A stretch of DNA of 64,000 bases. Source: an uncultured bacterium. Lineage in GTDB: Bacteria > Chloroflexota > UBA5177 > JANWHV01. The notes under the pieces are model-generated. The model saw only the letters and a program-made list of their open reading frames with translations. It had not been told where the DNA came from and did not search any database. Every line of letters starts with the position of its first letter. Position 1 is the stretch's first letter. This document shows, piece after piece, positions 47,095 to 58,776 of this stretch. A program made the position numbers and the translations under genes. Location of the stretch: the NCBI GenBank assembly GCA_963729625.1, contig CAVSOU010000004.1:16550-80549 (forward strand), read 5' to 3'.

Positions 47095-47814
47095 ATGTCC
47101 GATATCCTGGCCCTGATTCAGGAGCGGCGGTCCGTCCGCGGGCCCTTCGATCCCGACCGCCCCATCGCCGCAGCCGACCTGCGGCAGATCCTGGAGGCGG
47201 CGCGCTGGGCGCCCACCGCGCACAACATGCAGAACTTCGATATCGTGGTCATCGACGACAAGGACCTGCTGGCCCAGGTGGGCGCCATCTCCTCCCCCGC
47301 CTCCGAGGTGTTCATCCGGGAGAACTATGCGCAGCTCTCCTTCTCGGAAGACGAATTGCGACGGAAGAAGGTCGGCATCCTGGCCGCCATGTTCCCTGAA
47401 GCCTGGCGTACGCCAGACGCCGATTTCGCTGCGGTGGCACGACAGAGTGAGCCATCCTCGCTCAGCGACACGATGAAGGGCAGTCCCCTGGTCCTGGTCG
47501 TGGTGTACGACGCACGCAAGCGGGCGCCTGCGTCGGAAGGGGATATCCTGGGGTTCATGAGCCTGGGCTGCGCCATGGAGAACATGTGGTTGGTGGCCCA
47601 GTCCCTGGGCATCGGCATGCAGATCATGAGTGTCTTTGGCGGCGAGCACGTGGGGCAGGAGCTGCTGGCGCTGCTGGCGCTGCCCACCTTCATGAAGGTC
47701 GCGTATGCCGTCCGTCTCGGCTACCCAATCGCGCCCGTGTTCACTCCCGTGAGGGTCCGCCGCGATCTGGACGATTTTACCTACCGGAACCAGTTTGGCG
47801 CCAGGCTGCGTTAG
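47095..47814 (+). CDS. Nitroreductase family protein
   Basis: IQERRSVR, ILEAARWAPTAHNMQ, ENMWLVAQSLGIG, RLGYP. Confidence 0.9.
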   Translation: MSDILALIQERRSVRGPFDPDRPIAAADLRQILEAARWAPTAHNMQNFDIVVIDDKDLLAQVGAISSPASEVFIRENYAQLSFSEDELRRKKVGILAAMFPEAWRTPDADFAAVARQSEPSSLSDTMKGSPLVLVVVYDARKRAPASEGDILGFMSLGCAMENMWLVAQSLGIGMQIMSVFGGEHVGQELLALLALPTFMKVAYAVRLGYPIAPVFTPVRVRRDLDDFTYRNQFGARLR

Positions 47815-48103
47815 GCACACGCCGCCAGTCTCACTGCCGTCGCCTTAGAGCCGATGTTGCATGCGAGGCCCGGCTCCGCCGTGGCGCCAAGCACCCTGTG
47901 AAACAGCGCGGCAATAGTCACTGCAGCGACAATCTGGCACGCATCGCCGACTTTCGGCGCGTACCCTTGTCCCCGGCGCAATGGTGAGCACTCCGCTGAG
48001 TGGGGCATGTCCGCTCACCGCGAGGCGGGCAAACGGGCCACGACGCGACGGTTTCCGCGGGTTAGCCAGCCCCCTGCCGGCCGTGCCGAGCACACAACCT
48101 GGT

Positions 48104-49900
48104 CTATGCAGCGCCAGACTCCTCTTCCATCCCATGGATGTAGCGCTGGCCGCGCAAGACGGAGGCGATGGCCGCCACGACCGAGACCACCGCCGAGACG
48201 GCGAAGGCGATGTGCAGACCGTCCATGAAGGCCGGCAGGATCAGGTGCGGGAAGAAGGTCTTGCCGAACAGCGTGGCCTGCGCCTGGCCGGCCAAATGGG
48301 CCGCCACGGACGGCGGCACCAGCGAGCGCATCGGGTTGTAGCCCAGGAAGGCGGCGAACAGCACGCTGATCGGCGGCAGGCCGGCGATCCGATGCGCGAC
48401 CGCTGCGGGAAGACCCTGTTGCGTCAGGCCGCTAGCCATCACGCCGGGCAGTGACGACGCCAGGCCGGCGGTCAGGATACTGAAGAAGACGCCCATGCTC
48501 ACCATCATGCCGACGTTCTGGAAGGTGCCCCGCATGCCAGAAGCTACCCCGCGCACATCCGCGGGCACCGAATTCATGATGCTCGTGGTATTGGGCGCGG
48601 CGAAGAGGCCCATGCCACAGCCCATGAGCAGCAAGATGGCGAAGAACAGCAATCGGTTGAAGTCGCCCGGCAACAGATTCAAGAACACGAAGCCGACGGC
48701 GGTGATGGCCATGCCGCCCGTGGCGAAGGCGCGGGCGCCATAGCGGTCGGACAGCCAGCCGGAGACCGGCCCCAAGCCGATGAAGCCGAGCATCATCGGC
48801 ATGGTGTAGATGCCCGCCCAGAGCGGCGTGTCCTGGTAGGAATAGCCGTGCAGGGGCAGCCAGATGCCCTGCAGCCAGATCATCAGCATGAACTGCAGGC
48901 CGCCGCGGGCCAGAGAGCTGAGAAAGCCGCTCAGATTGCCGGCAGCGAACATGCGGATTTTGAACAGCGCCAGATGGAACAGGGGGTCGGGCACGCGGGT
49001 CTCGACCCAGAGAAAGGCGGCCAACAACACGACCCCGGAGGCGATACCTGCGATAACCCAGGGATTGCCCCAGCCCATGGAGCTGTTGCCGTAGGGCTCG
49101 ATGCCGTAGGTGACGCCGGCGAGCAGCGCCGTCAGGCCCACCAGGAAGGTAAGATTGCCCGGGATGTCCAGGTGCTGGCCCCTGTTGATGGAGGCGATCT
49201 CATGCAGCCGGAGGTACGCCCACACGGTTCCGAACAGGCCGAACGGCACGCTGACCAGAAACACCAGCCGCCAGTCGACGCTGGCAAGCCAGCCTCCGAC
49301 CAGCAAACCTCCGAGCCCTCCGGAGATACCGGCAATCTGGTTGATGCCCATGGCCATGCCGCGCTCATGTGGTCCAAAGGCGTCGGTGATTAAAGCAGGG
49401 CTGTTGGCGAACAGGAAGGCGCCGCCGATGCCCTGCACCACGCGAAAGCCAAGCAGCTCAAAGCCTGCCTGCGCGCCGGTGCCGGGCGTGAACACGAGCA
49501 AGAGCGAGCCAAGCGTGAAGACGGCGAAGCCCAGATTGTACATGCGTACGCGCCCGACCATGTCCGAGATGCGGCCGAAGCTGACGAGGAGGGTGGCGGT
49601 GACCATCATGTAGCCCATCAAAATCCAGAGCAGGAACCCGGAGTTGCCGGGCGCCATCGGATTGAGGGCGATACCGCGAAAGATCGCCGGCAACGAGATC
49701 ATCATGATGCTGCCGTTGATGCTGGCCACCAGCATGCCGATGGTGGTGTTGGAGAGCACAATCCATTTGTAGCCGTCGCTCTGGCGTGCGGCAACACCCG
49801 TGGGACTGGCTCTCAGCGCCTTCTCGTCTTCAAGCTCAGTCGTCGCACCGGCGCACGGAACCTCCGTGCGCTGCTCGACGGGTGTTAGCACTCTCATCAC
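48104..49900 (-). CDS. DHA2 (EmrB/QacA-like) MFS transporter
   Basis: [30 protein letters not shown]; about 14 TM segments. Confidence 0.92.
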   Translation of the reverse strand: MMRVLTPVEQRTEVPCAGATTELEDEKALRASPTGVAARQSDGYKWIVLSNTTIGMLVASINGSIMMISLPAIFRGIALNPMAPGNSGFLLWILMGYMMVTATLLVSFGRISDMVGRVRMYNLGFAVFTLGSLLLVFTPGTGAQAGFELLGFRVVQGIGGAFLFANSPALITDAFGPHERGMAMGINQIAGISGGLGGLLVGGWLASVDWRLVFLVSVPFGLFGTVWAYLRLHEIASINRGQHLDIPGNLTFLVGLTALLAGVTYGIEPYGNSSMGWGNPWVIAGIASGVVLLAAFLWVETRVPDPLFHLALFKIRMFAAGNLSGFLSSLARGGLQFMLMIWLQGIWLPLHGYSYQDTPLWAGIYTMPMMLGFIGLGPVSGWLSDRYGARAFATGGMAITAVGFVFLNLLPGDFNRLLFFAILLLMGCGMGLFAAPNTTSIMNSVPADVRGVASGMRGTFQNVGMMVSMGVFFSILTAGLASSLPGVMASGLTQQGLPAAVAHRIAGLPPISVLFAAFLGYNPMRSLVPPSVAAHLAGQAQATLFGKTFFPHLILPAFMDGLHIAFAVSAVVSVVAAIASVLRGQRYIHGMEEESGAA

Positions 49901-49904
49901 CCGG

Positions 49905-50837
49905 CTACCCTTCTAGTGCCGTGGGCGCGTCTGTCCCCGCGGCGCACTTGTGTTCATGTCCCAGGCCGCCCTGCACTGTGTGCAGCCGGGTGCCGGCTCG
50001 CGTGCCCGTGCGCAGGAGCAGCACGGCTGCGATCTGCTGGTGGACCACGCGCTCCGCTACCGAGCTGGGGAGCCAGTGCAGGGGCGAGCTATGGGCGTGT
50101 GTGGCCATAACGACCAGCTGTTCCGTGCTCGCCAACTCTCCTATGGCCACCTCCGGGCAGCCCACGACGACGCGCCGTTCCACGACCTTCAGGCCCTGCC
50201 GCGCCAGCCGTTCCGCGATCTCGGCCAGGTAGGACTCACCCGCGGAGCGCTGAGCCTCGTCCTGCACGACGCGCAGGAGGCTGACCCGTTGCACCACAGA
50301 AGGTACCAGGGTTAGCAGCGTGCCGAGCACGGCTTCGTGCTCGGCCGAGCCATCCAGTGGTACCACGGCATGCGCCAGGCACGCCGGATCCGCGAAGCCA
50401 CCTACGAGCAGCAACGGAGCGGATCCATGGCGCAGCAGGTAGGACGCTACCGGCCAGAGGGTGAGCCGCGCAGGGCCAGCGTGATGGTGCAGACCCAATA
50501 CCACCAGGTCGATTCTCTGCGCCCGCTCGTAGAACTGCAACTGAGGCGCGGCTTCCCCGAGGAGCGATGCCGTTGAGACGCTGATGCCGCCGGCCGTCAG
50601 GCGTGCGCGCGCGGCTGCGAGCGCGGCCAAGGCCGCGCGCTCGTCGGCCTGCAGCGCTAGATCGTCGGCGGACTGTGGCAAGTACGTGCCCATCGCCGCC
50701 CAGGGCAGCGGCGGCGCCGGGATGACGCGCACAAGGTGGACGGTCGCCTGAGTCGCCTGGGCGAGCCTGCGCGCCACCGGCAGCGCCTGCTCGGCTGCAG
50801 ACGAGCCATCAAGTGGCACCAGCAACTGACGGAGCAT
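49905..50837 (-). CDS. Tandem universal stress protein
   Basis: LLVPLDGS twice; LVVMATH..SVAERVV. Confidence 0.88.
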   Translation of the reverse strand: MLRQLLVPLDGSSAAEQALPVARRLAQATQATVHLVRVIPAPPLPWAAMGTYLPQSADDLALQADERAALAALAAARARLTAGGISVSTASLLGEAAPQLQFYERAQRIDLVVLGLHHHAGPARLTLWPVASYLLRHGSAPLLLVGGFADPACLAHAVVPLDGSAEHEAVLGTLLTLVPSVVQRVSLLRVVQDEAQRSAGESYLAEIAERLARQGLKVVERRVVVGCPEVAIGELASTEQLVVMATHAHSSPLHWLPSSVAERVVHQQIAAVLLLRTGTRAGTRLHTVQGGLGHEHKCAAGTDAPTALEG

Positions 50838-50898
50838 CGCGCTCACCCCCTGACGAACGCGCGCCAAACATGCCAACCCCCGAAATCCGGCCAAGTTT

Positions 50899-50932
50899 GA
50901 TGTACTATACATCTATATGGGTGTACCATGCA
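50899..50932. promoter_or_regulatory. Putative MarR operator pair in the divergent usp/marR intergenic region
   Basis: Palindrome GATGTA-cta-TACATC (50899-50913) and related TGTA-cca-TGCA (50922-50932). Confidence 0.55.
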
Positions 50933-51004
50933 AGTGCTGTGATCGGTGCAGCGGCGTGCCTTGGATCGCGGCGTCGAGCAGCACCTGGTGTTGGGGGGGG
51001 CGTC

Positions 51005-51553
51005 ATGGCAACTGGTGGCACACCAGGCGATGCGGATGGGATCGATCTTGTAGCGCACGAGACGGCGGTGCTGCTCCGCCGCGCGGAGTCCGCGCACCAG
51101 CGGGAGCAGGCCCTGGATCGGTCTGCCTATCTGCTGCTGGATGCCATTGCGACGCAGGACGCCCTGGCCCTCTACACCCTGGCGGAGCACTTCCAGCTGG
51201 ATGCCTCCACGGTGAGCCGGCAGGTGGCTGTGCTGCTGGCCAAGGGCCTGGTCGTGCGCAGTGCCAACCAGGCCGATGGCAGGGTCTGCTTGCTGACGAT
51301 CACCGCGCTGGGCGCCGCCGAGTTGCGGGCTGCCCGGGCGGCGCGGCACGCCTTCTTCGCCGACCTGCTGGCGGACTGGAGTGCGGAGGAGCGCCGTGCC
51401 CTGGGTGTCGCTCTGCACCGACTCAATCAGGCCATTGTCAGACGCGATCGCGGCACGCGAGTGCGCATGGCTACCCAGTCGCCCGTCACAGTGGACCAGG
51501 AGGAGAGTCAGGCTGAGCGCCGCGGGGAGCACGGTAAGTGCCGCGGAGAATGA
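51005..51553 (+). CDS. MarR family transcriptional regulator
   Basis: LDRSAYLLL, LDASTVSRQV, DGR..LTITALG. Confidence 0.9.
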   Translation: MATGGTPGDADGIDLVAHETAVLLRRAESAHQREQALDRSAYLLLDAIATQDALALYTLAEHFQLDASTVSRQVAVLLAKGLVVRSANQADGRVCLLTITALGAAELRAARAARHAFFADLLADWSAEERRALGVALHRLNQAIVRRDRGTRVRMATQSPVTVDQEESQAERRGEHGKCRGE

Positions 51554-51704
51554 GGTCAATGCCGGCGAGGCGGTGACGGTACCCGGTCGCACGGCGCCGA
51601 ACCGGGTCTGGTCGGATCGCATTGGACCCGGGTGATGTGACAGGTGTACGGACCCCGCGCCGCAGCCGCGCGACGAAGGCGGAGCCCGAGATTGGTGGTT
51701 ATCC

Positions 51705-51990
51705 ATGTCCGCAGAACCGCTGCCACACGACACGACAGGGCAGCCAACGCAGCCTGCGGCAGTCACTGTCGGTGCCGCGGGCTGGCGCGACTGGCTGTCC
51801 TTCCTGCTCCAGGCAGTCCTGGTGGTGGGCGTGGAGGTGGGCGATGACGCCGTCCGCGGTTTGCTGCTACCCAGCGACCGATGGACAGCTGTAGCCGATG
51901 CCCTGCGGCTCGTGCGCGTCGAATCGGCGCTCGGCCTCTGGATCGAGCCCGGCCTGCAGAGCTTCTTCCAGCAGCCCCACCGCCTCTGGC
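51705..51990 (+). pseudogene. N-terminal fragment of a PAP2-like membrane phosphatase/transferase
   Basis: DAVRG..AVADALRLVRVESALGLWIEPGLQ, then loses hydrophobic character. Confidence 0.5.
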
Positions 51991-52156
51991 ATGCATGTTC
52001 ATGCGCGCCGAAGGTTGTGGAAAATGCTGCTCAAACGCGCCGGCTGCCTGTAGTACGGTCATGTCAGGTGCATGCGATCAGGGCGCATGTCTGGTGCGAG
52101 GCCAGTACCAGCAGTGACACGATGGCGTCAATGCGTGCCCGGCCAGTGGTGACTCC

Positions 52157-52990
52157 CTAGCGCAGCTCCGGACTCTTGCTACGCACGCGCTCGTAGATCT
52201 CTTCCATCACGCCAATGAACGACGTGTCCTTGGGCCAGAACGACGGAAAGTCGCCCTGCTTCTTCACCTGCAACGCTGCCACCCCGGTGCGCCCGGCCGG
52301 CTCGGGGGCGGGCAAGCGTTTGGCGCCCGCCCAGAACTCCTTGAGCGTGGTCTCGGGCGCCGGGCGGAGCGTCGGGCGCGTGTAGTAGGACGGCGACGCC
52401 GCCACGGGCACTTGCACCGGCTCCAGGGCAGAGGCCAGAATCTGACCCAGGGCTGAATGCTCCAATTCTTCGCGCAAGCGCTGCCGAGAGAGTCCCCGCA
52501 GCTCGAAGAGCAAGAAGGGGTCGGCGTCCAGCTCACCTGCGAGCACGTAGTAAACACCGGCGATGTGCTTGCAGGGGTTGTAGTAGTCCGGGCGCGTGCA
52601 CGACGTGGTGAATTCCTGCTGGCTGTGCGGCAGCAGATGCAGGTCGAGATCCTCGAACACGTGCTCGATGGTGTCCGGGATCTCGCCCATCAGTAGCTGG
52701 GTCACCTGGCGCGCGTTGGCCACGATGCGCGCGATGATCTTGCTCCAGTCCGCGGCGCTGAACTGCTTGAGAGCGATCTTCGTGGTGTAGGTTGGCTCTT
52801 TGTAGACGCCGAAGTAGGGGTTGATCGACCCCCGCACCTTGGCCGTGACCTTGCCGTCCTTGACCGTGTGCTCCTTCACCCTGCCGGTCCGGGCATACGA
52901 CGCGCCGCGGCCAAGCCGAGCAGAGTCGGTAAAGACTGCCAGGGCCAGCAGGAACCGCTTACCCCACCAGGTGCGAGAAAACTCGGCCAT
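52157..52990 (-). CDS. SWIM zinc-finger protein (one Zn ligand substituted)
   Basis: TWWGKRF, RLGRGASYAR, SCTRPDYYNPCKH, DPFLLFELRG. Confidence 0.88.
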   Translation of the reverse strand: MAEFSRTWWGKRFLLALAVFTDSARLGRGASYARTGRVKEHTVKDGKVTAKVRGSINPYFGVYKEPTYTTKIALKQFSAADWSKIIARIVANARQVTQLLMGEIPDTIEHVFEDLDLHLLPHSQQEFTTSCTRPDYYNPCKHIAGVYYVLAGELDADPFLLFELRGLSRQRLREELEHSALGQILASALEPVQVPVAASPSYYTRPTLRPAPETTLKEFWAGAKRLPAPEPAGRTGVAALQVKKQGDFPSFWPKDTSFIGVMEEIYERVRSKSPELR

Positions 52991-52995
52991 CGTCG

Positions 52996-55900
52996 CTACT
53001 CCACGATCGCACGCTGTTGCAGTGCAATCAGATTCTTGAAAGTCTCGTTGTCGAGGTCGGCCAGCCAGGACTCGTCAGCGCCCACGATCGCGGACGAGAT
53101 CCGCTTCTTGTCCTCGATCAGCGCGTCGATCTTCTCTTCGACCGTGCCCATGACGACGAATTTGTGTACGAAGACCGACTTCCGCTGGCCGATGCGGAAA
53201 GCGCGGTCTGTCGCCTGGTCCTCCACCGCGGGGTTCCACCAGCGATCGAAATGGAACACATGCGAAGCCTTGGTCAAGTTCAGTCCGATGCCGCCTGCGC
53301 GCAGCGACAAGATGAAGATGGCGGGCTCGGTCTCAGGGTCCTGGAATTCGGCGACCATCTGATCGCGCCGCGCAGCGCTGGTGGCGCCGTGCAGGTAGTA
53401 GCTGTTGTAGTGCAACGTATGGCGCACGTACCGCTCGATGGCGGCGCAGACTTCGGTGAATTGCGAGAAGATCAGCAGGCTGTCACCGCTTTCGATGACT
53501 TCCTCCATCATCTCGGCAAGCCGTCTGAGTTTGTGCGATCGCTCGGGCAGATAGGCGCTGCTGTCCGCCAGGAACTGGGCCGGGTGATTGCAGACCTGCT
53601 TCAGGCGCAGCAATGTGGAAAGGATAAGTCCTTTCCGGTGGATGCCATCCACCTCGTCGATGTGTTTGGAGACGTCTCGCACCACCGCCTCGTAGAGGGA
53701 TGCCTGCTTCGGCGTCAGCGTGCAATACATCTTCTGCTCGATCTTGTCCGGCAGATCGTCGATCACGCGCTTGTCGGTCTTGAGCCGCCGGAGGATGAAC
53801 GGCTCGACCAGCTTCTTGAGCGAGGCCGAGCGTCCGGCATCTCCGTTCTTCTGGATCGGCAGCTCAAAGGATCGGCGGAACTGCGCCTCCTTGCCCAGGT
53901 AACCCGGGTTGAGCAAGTTGAAGATCGACCAGAGATCGCGCAGCCGGTTCTCGACTGGCGTGCCGGTCAGGGCAACGCGATGCGTCGCGTGCAGCTTGAG
54001 AATGGATCGGGTCTGCGCCGCCTGAGGGTTCTTGATATTCTGCGCCTCGTCCACTACCACGCGGCGCCATGGCACGCTGTGTAGCAGCTTGTCGTCCATG
54101 CGGGCCAGAGTGAAGGAGGTGATCACCACGTCATGTTCGCCGCACGCCTCCCTGAACTGCTGCTCGTCTTTCAGGCGCTGGCTACCTTGGTGCACCAGAG
54201 CGCGCAGATCAGGGGCGAAGCGCTCGATCTCCTTGCGCCAGTTGCCGAGCACCGAGGTCGGCGCAATCAGCAGCGTCGGCGCGCGTGAGGCAGACGCGGC
54301 GCGCTCGTCGAGCAGGCGGGCGATCACCTGTACGGTCTTGCCCAGTCCCATGTCGTCGGCCAGGCAGGGGTTGAGTCCCAGGCGCTCGAGATAGCGCAGC
54401 CAGGCTACGCCGCGCTTCTGGTAGTCGCGGAGCGTGCCCCGGAGGTCGGGCAGATCCTCGATGGGGGCGAAGGCGCTCTTGTCGTGCAGCAGCGCGAGCA
54501 TCTCGCTCACGGCGTCGTCGTGGTCCCACTCGAGATCGGCTTCAGCTTCAGTGGCCAGCCTGAGCAAGTCCGGCAGGCTCAGCTCCGGCATTTCTTGGGA
54601 GCGCGTGCGCCAGAAGTCCAGCATTTGCTGCATCTTCTCGCGATCCAGCTCCATCCACTGCCCGCGGAACCGCACCAACGGCGTCTTGGCGTCTACCAGC
54701 TCCAGCCATTCTGCCTCGGTGATAGGCTGGCCGTCGATCGCCAGCTGGTACTGGTACTGAATCAGACTGTCGAAGCTCGATAGCCCTGAGGTCGCCGCGG
54801 TGTCGCCGTTGCCCGAGCGCGCAGCGGTCTTGAGGCGGATCTTGGCGCGGCGCCGGCCCTCGGGTGTCCACCAGGCGGGCACGAGCACGGTGAAGCCGGC
54901 GTCTTCCAGGACCCAAGCGGTCTCTTGGAGGAAGGCAAACGCCTCTTCCAGCGAGAGGGTGAAGCCTGCCGGCTGGTCGGTCTCCAGCCCGTCCCAGATG
55001 CGGGGATAGATCCGCGCGGCCGATCCCAGCGAGAGGAGCACCTGCTTCTCGAAGTCTTCCCCAAACTGGCGGCGAATCTCGATCTTCGCGGCGCGGTTGA
55101 GCTGCCAGTAGTCCGCCAGGCTCAGCTTGAGCGAGGGATCGCGTGCGGGGGATACCAGGATGTCGACGCGCCAGCGATCGCCGTCGTCGGGCGGCGCCTC
55201 GTCCAGCCGGAAGCACAGCGCGAAGGCGCCCGCGCTCTGGGTACCGGCAAGCTTCCGGCGCCAGTCCTGCCATTGCGGATAGATGTCGGCAGTCACAGGC
55301 TGGTAGAGATTCGCGACGGGCGAGGCAGGGCTGTAGCTCTGCTCGAGAGCCACCCACGGATGCAGGCACGCATAGACCAGAGTACGGCCGACCTCGTTAT
55401 CGATCTTGGCAGTCATCGGCGTGCCGGTCACCGCTCGATGCAGCAGGTGCTCCGCGCAGTGGCGGAGGAGGGACGCCGCGTCAAGTATGCTCGACGGCTC
55501 GTCCTCGCGCGCATGTGCAGCGCAGATCAGCGGCATGGCCGCGGCGTACCGTTCTATGGCCGCCTCATAGCGGTCCGACTTCCACTCCCAGGCGTGAACA
55601 AACTCCAGCGCGGCACCGGCGCCGTCCTGCGTGCGCGTGCCGCCGGCTGCCTCCCGTGCGTGTGCCTTGAGGGCCGGAATGTACTGGTCTCGGAAGATGA
55701 AGGTCTTGAGCGTCTGCGTGAACGAATGCCAGAACTGGAAATCGGCACCGAGCTGCCAGGCCTCGGCGCCGGCCACAGCGCGGAAGTGAATCTCGTTTAG
55801 CGTGCTGATGACGCGCGGCAACCGGCAGCACCAGATCTGCCATGGCTGGAGTGCGAATTCTGCGGGCGTCTCCGCGTCGACGTAGGGAAGCAGCTCGAAG

Positions 55901-56175
55901 GAGGGCAACGGCGTGCCATCGGCACTCGGCAGCAAGAACTGCCGGATAGCGGTCAGGTGGGTGAGCGGCTCGCCGAGGTCGTTGCGCACGCCAAGGCTCG
56001 TCGCCAGCCACTCGGCCAGGGCGCCGGCAGCCAGGTGCCACGGATGCAGATTCGCCGCGACCTTACGCCTCCCGGCTGAGACGGGCGTGTCGGTCTCCAC
56101 CCAGACGTAGAACGCGCCTTCCTGCCGGTAGGCGTCGCCTGTGTCGGGAATCCAGGTTCCGTGGAGGATATACAT
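52996..56175 (-). CDS. SNF2-family helicase/ATPase
   Basis: LRDYQKRG, LADDMGLGKT, DEAQ, LTGTPVEN, GIGLNL, WWNPAVEDQATDRAFRIGQ. Confidence 0.95.
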   Translation of the reverse strand: MYILHGTWIPDTGDAYRQEGAFYVWVETDTPVSAGRRKVAANLHPWHLAAGALAEWLATSLGVRNDLGEPLTHLTAIRQFLLPSADGTPLPSFELLPYVDAETPAEFALQPWQIWCCRLPRVISTLNEIHFRAVAGAEAWQLGADFQFWHSFTQTLKTFIFRDQYIPALKAHAREAAGGTRTQDGAGAALEFVHAWEWKSDRYEAAIERYAAAMPLICAAHAREDEPSSILDAASLLRHCAEHLLHRAVTGTPMTAKIDNEVGRTLVYACLHPWVALEQSYSPASPVANLYQPVTADIYPQWQDWRRKLAGTQSAGAFALCFRLDEAPPDDGDRWRVDILVSPARDPSLKLSLADYWQLNRAAKIEIRRQFGEDFEKQVLLSLGSAARIYPRIWDGLETDQPAGFTLSLEEAFAFLQETAWVLEDAGFTVLVPAWWTPEGRRRAKIRLKTAARSGNGDTAATSGLSSFDSLIQYQYQLAIDGQPITEAEWLELVDAKTPLVRFRGQWMELDREKMQQMLDFWRTRSQEMPELSLPDLLRLATEAEADLEWDHDDAVSEMLALLHDKSAFAPIEDLPDLRGTLRDYQKRGVAWLRYLERLGLNPCLADDMGLGKTVQVIARLLDERAASASRAPTLLIAPTSVLGNWRKEIERFAPDLRALVHQGSQRLKDEQQFREACGEHDVVITSFTLARMDDKLLHSVPWRRVVVDEAQNIKNPQAAQTRSILKLHATHRVALTGTPVENRLRDLWSIFNLLNPGYLGKEAQFRRSFELPIQKNGDAGRSASLKKLVEPFILRRLKTDKRVIDDLPDKIEQKMYCTLTPKQASLYEAVVRDVSKHIDEVDGIHRKGLILSTLLRLKQVCNHPAQFLADSSAYLPERSHKLRRLAEMMEEVIESGDSLLIFSQFTEVCAAIERYVRHTLHYNSYYLHGATSAARRDQMVAEFQDPETEPAIFILSLRAGGIGLNLTKASHVFHFDRWWNPAVEDQATDRAFRIGQRKSVFVHKFVVMGTVEEKIDALIEDKKRISSAIVGADESWLADLDNETFKNLIALQQRAIVE

Positions 56176-56458
56176 CGCGTGGGCCCCTTAAACGGATAGT
56201 ACCAGGAGGAGCGCACAGCGCCGTGTTCTCCCGTCCTGCAGCTCCCTGGTCCACAGCAAAGCTACGGCGACACGCGTGGATGCGGTGCGTTCAGCGCGGA
56301 GGGTAGCATCAAGCGGATCCACGGCGGCATCGATCAGTCTCGGCTTGTGCGGATCCGCACCAGGGCGTGCCGGATGGGATGTCTGCCCGCCGAGGCGAAG
56401 GGCGGGGATCTGGAAGCCACCGGCCCGGCTGGCACCACGTGTCGCGCGACGCAGGAGG

Positions 56459-57613
56459 ATGGCTGGGTATCGACCAACCGAAAGTCTCGCTGCTGATGAA
56501 CGCGCGACTCCGTGGCTTTTCGTGCGCTTGTGCCATGGGGGGCTGGACTCCAGGACCCTGCGGTCAGAGACGCTGCGGCACCTCCGGAAACTGATCGCGA
56601 TCGATTCATTTTGGTTCGCGACCGTGGACCCAGCAACGCTGCTCTTCACCGGCTCAGTGGTCGAGGGCATTCCCGAGCACCTGACCTCCCGTTTCGTCGA
56701 CAATGAGTTTCTCCAGGATGACGTCAACAAGTGGGTGCAGCTGACCCGTGCCGCCCGACCGGCCAACGGTCTGTACGCGGCAACGCAGGGTCATCCCAAC
56801 GAGAGCGCGCGCTACCGCGAGATCTTGGCGCCCCACCACTTCGGCGATGAGCTGCGCGCGGCCGTGATTGACGGCTCGTCGTGCTGGGGCTTTCTGTGCC
56901 TGCACCGAGAGCAGTCGAGCCCGGCCTTCACACCGGAGGAGATCACGTTCGTCAGCCGGCTCACTCCTCATCTGGCAGCGGGCTTGCGCACCGCCCTGCT
57001 GATAGACAACGCGGCCGTTCACCCTGAGCCCGCCGGGCCGGGGCTGCTGGTGCTGGCGGACGACCTCTCAGTCCACGCCATGACGCCAAACGCGGAACGA
57101 TGGCTGACAGAGATCGCCGACTGGCCGCGGCGCAGCGAGCTGCCTCAGGCCATCTACGGGATCGCTGCTCAAGTTCGTGTGCGCGAGCGCGACGGCGCCG
57201 CGCGGCACGACCAGACGCCGCGCGCACGGATACAGACACCGTCTGGACAGTGGTTAATCCTGCACGCGTCACGGCTATCGGGCTCGAGCGATGTCGGCCA
57301 GACGGCGGTGATTTTGGAGGTAGCGCGCCCCACTGAGGTCGCTCCGTTGGTATTGCACGCCTAGAACCTGACGAAGCGCGAGGAACACGTCAGCCAGCTT
57401 GTCCTGAAGGGGCTATCGACGGGTGAGATCGCCGCTGCCCTCTCGCTGTCAGCACTGACCGTGCAGCAGCACCTGAAAGCGGTGTTCAACAAGATTGGTG
57501 TGCGCAGTCGCCGAGAACTGACTGCCCTTCTCTTCTCGGAGCAGTACCTGCCGCGTATTCTGACTGGGTCCCGTATCGGCGTCGATGGATGGTTCGTGCC
57601 GCCCAAGCTATGA
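56459..57613 (+). pseudogene. GAF + LuxR HTH regulator with in-frame TAG at 57362
   Basis: FGDELRA..WGFLCLHR; [42 protein letters not shown] continues in frame to TGA 57613. Confidence 0.88.
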
Positions 57614-57880
57614 ACGTCAGCTGCAGTGGGCGACAGCGGAGAGCTATCCATTGCGGGGAGTCGCCGGCGACACTCCGGATCTTGGGACGCGCACCTCGTG
57701 CCGTAGGCGACATCCTCGCTGCTCAAGCGTCTGCAAGCGCCACCTGCACGAAGGAGACACGCTCGAGCGGGGGCGGGAACGTGACGAGTACGTGTCGCCA
57801 GGCATGGCCCGCAGCCGCACGGCTCGCCGTCAAATTTCGAGCGGGAGGACTGCGTGCATCCAAGCCCCGCGCTTGGGCGT

Positions 57881-58776
57881 CTACGGTGGCCCGGCCGTCT
57901 CAGCCGTGTTCGCGACCATATGGCGCAAGGCTTGGACGCTCTTCCGCACTGCCAGCTCTTCCTTGTTCTCGTAGGCCGGATGCACGCAGTCAATCTCCAC
58001 AGCAAGTAGGCCAGTGTAGCCAGCCTGTGCCAGCAACCGGAGCAACCGCTCTATGTCGACCAGGCCTTCACCGACCGCGGTACTGGAGAGGAAGGACCAC
58101 TTAGAGGGTGGGAGTCCTTTTCGCACCCTCACGTCCACGGCGGGGTCCGTGATATGCGTGGCGAACGTGTGCCGCGCCAGCTTTTCCATCGCCTGCACCG
58201 GGTCATCCCCCACGAAGAGGAAATTGCCGGTGTCGAAGGTCACACCGAAGTATGGCGAACCGACGGCCTCGACCATCCAGAGCATCTCGTCTGATGTATA
58301 GTCGCCATGATTCTCCGCAGCCAACCGTATGCCATTGCGCCGCGCCACCTCGACTGCTTCCCCGTACCAGTGGGCCAGCACCTCGAGCCGGGGCTGGCGG
58401 GGCACCCTGCGAAAGTCGCCGGGCCCAGGACCGGGCGTCACGCGCATGACGCTGGCCCCGATCAGCGCGGCATTGCCAATCTGGCGCACCATGTCGTCGA
58501 ATGCCTCGCGATTGGTGCCATCTTCCAAGCCAAATGGATGGCCCCAGGCATAGACACGGTCCAGGCCATAGCTGTCGAGCTTGGCGCCCAGTGCCTGCAA
58601 CCATGAGGCTTCCATCGTGGGTAGGAAGCACGACTCCAGTGACACCCCGTCGACGGCCAACTCCTTGGCAAAGGCCAGGAAGTCGTCGAGCGTCATGGGC
58701 GTGGCTGGTCGCGTCGTTCCCTCGTAGACCTCACCAAAAACCGATGGAAGCAATAGCTGTCGATACCGATTCTCAT
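57881..58776 (-). pseudogene. Sugar phosphate isomerase/epimerase with a frameshift in a T5 tract
   Basis: MRIGIDSYCFHRF then FGEVY..LAAENHGD..FDTGNF..HITD..VEID in the other frame; A5 at 58736-58740. Confidence 0.85.
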
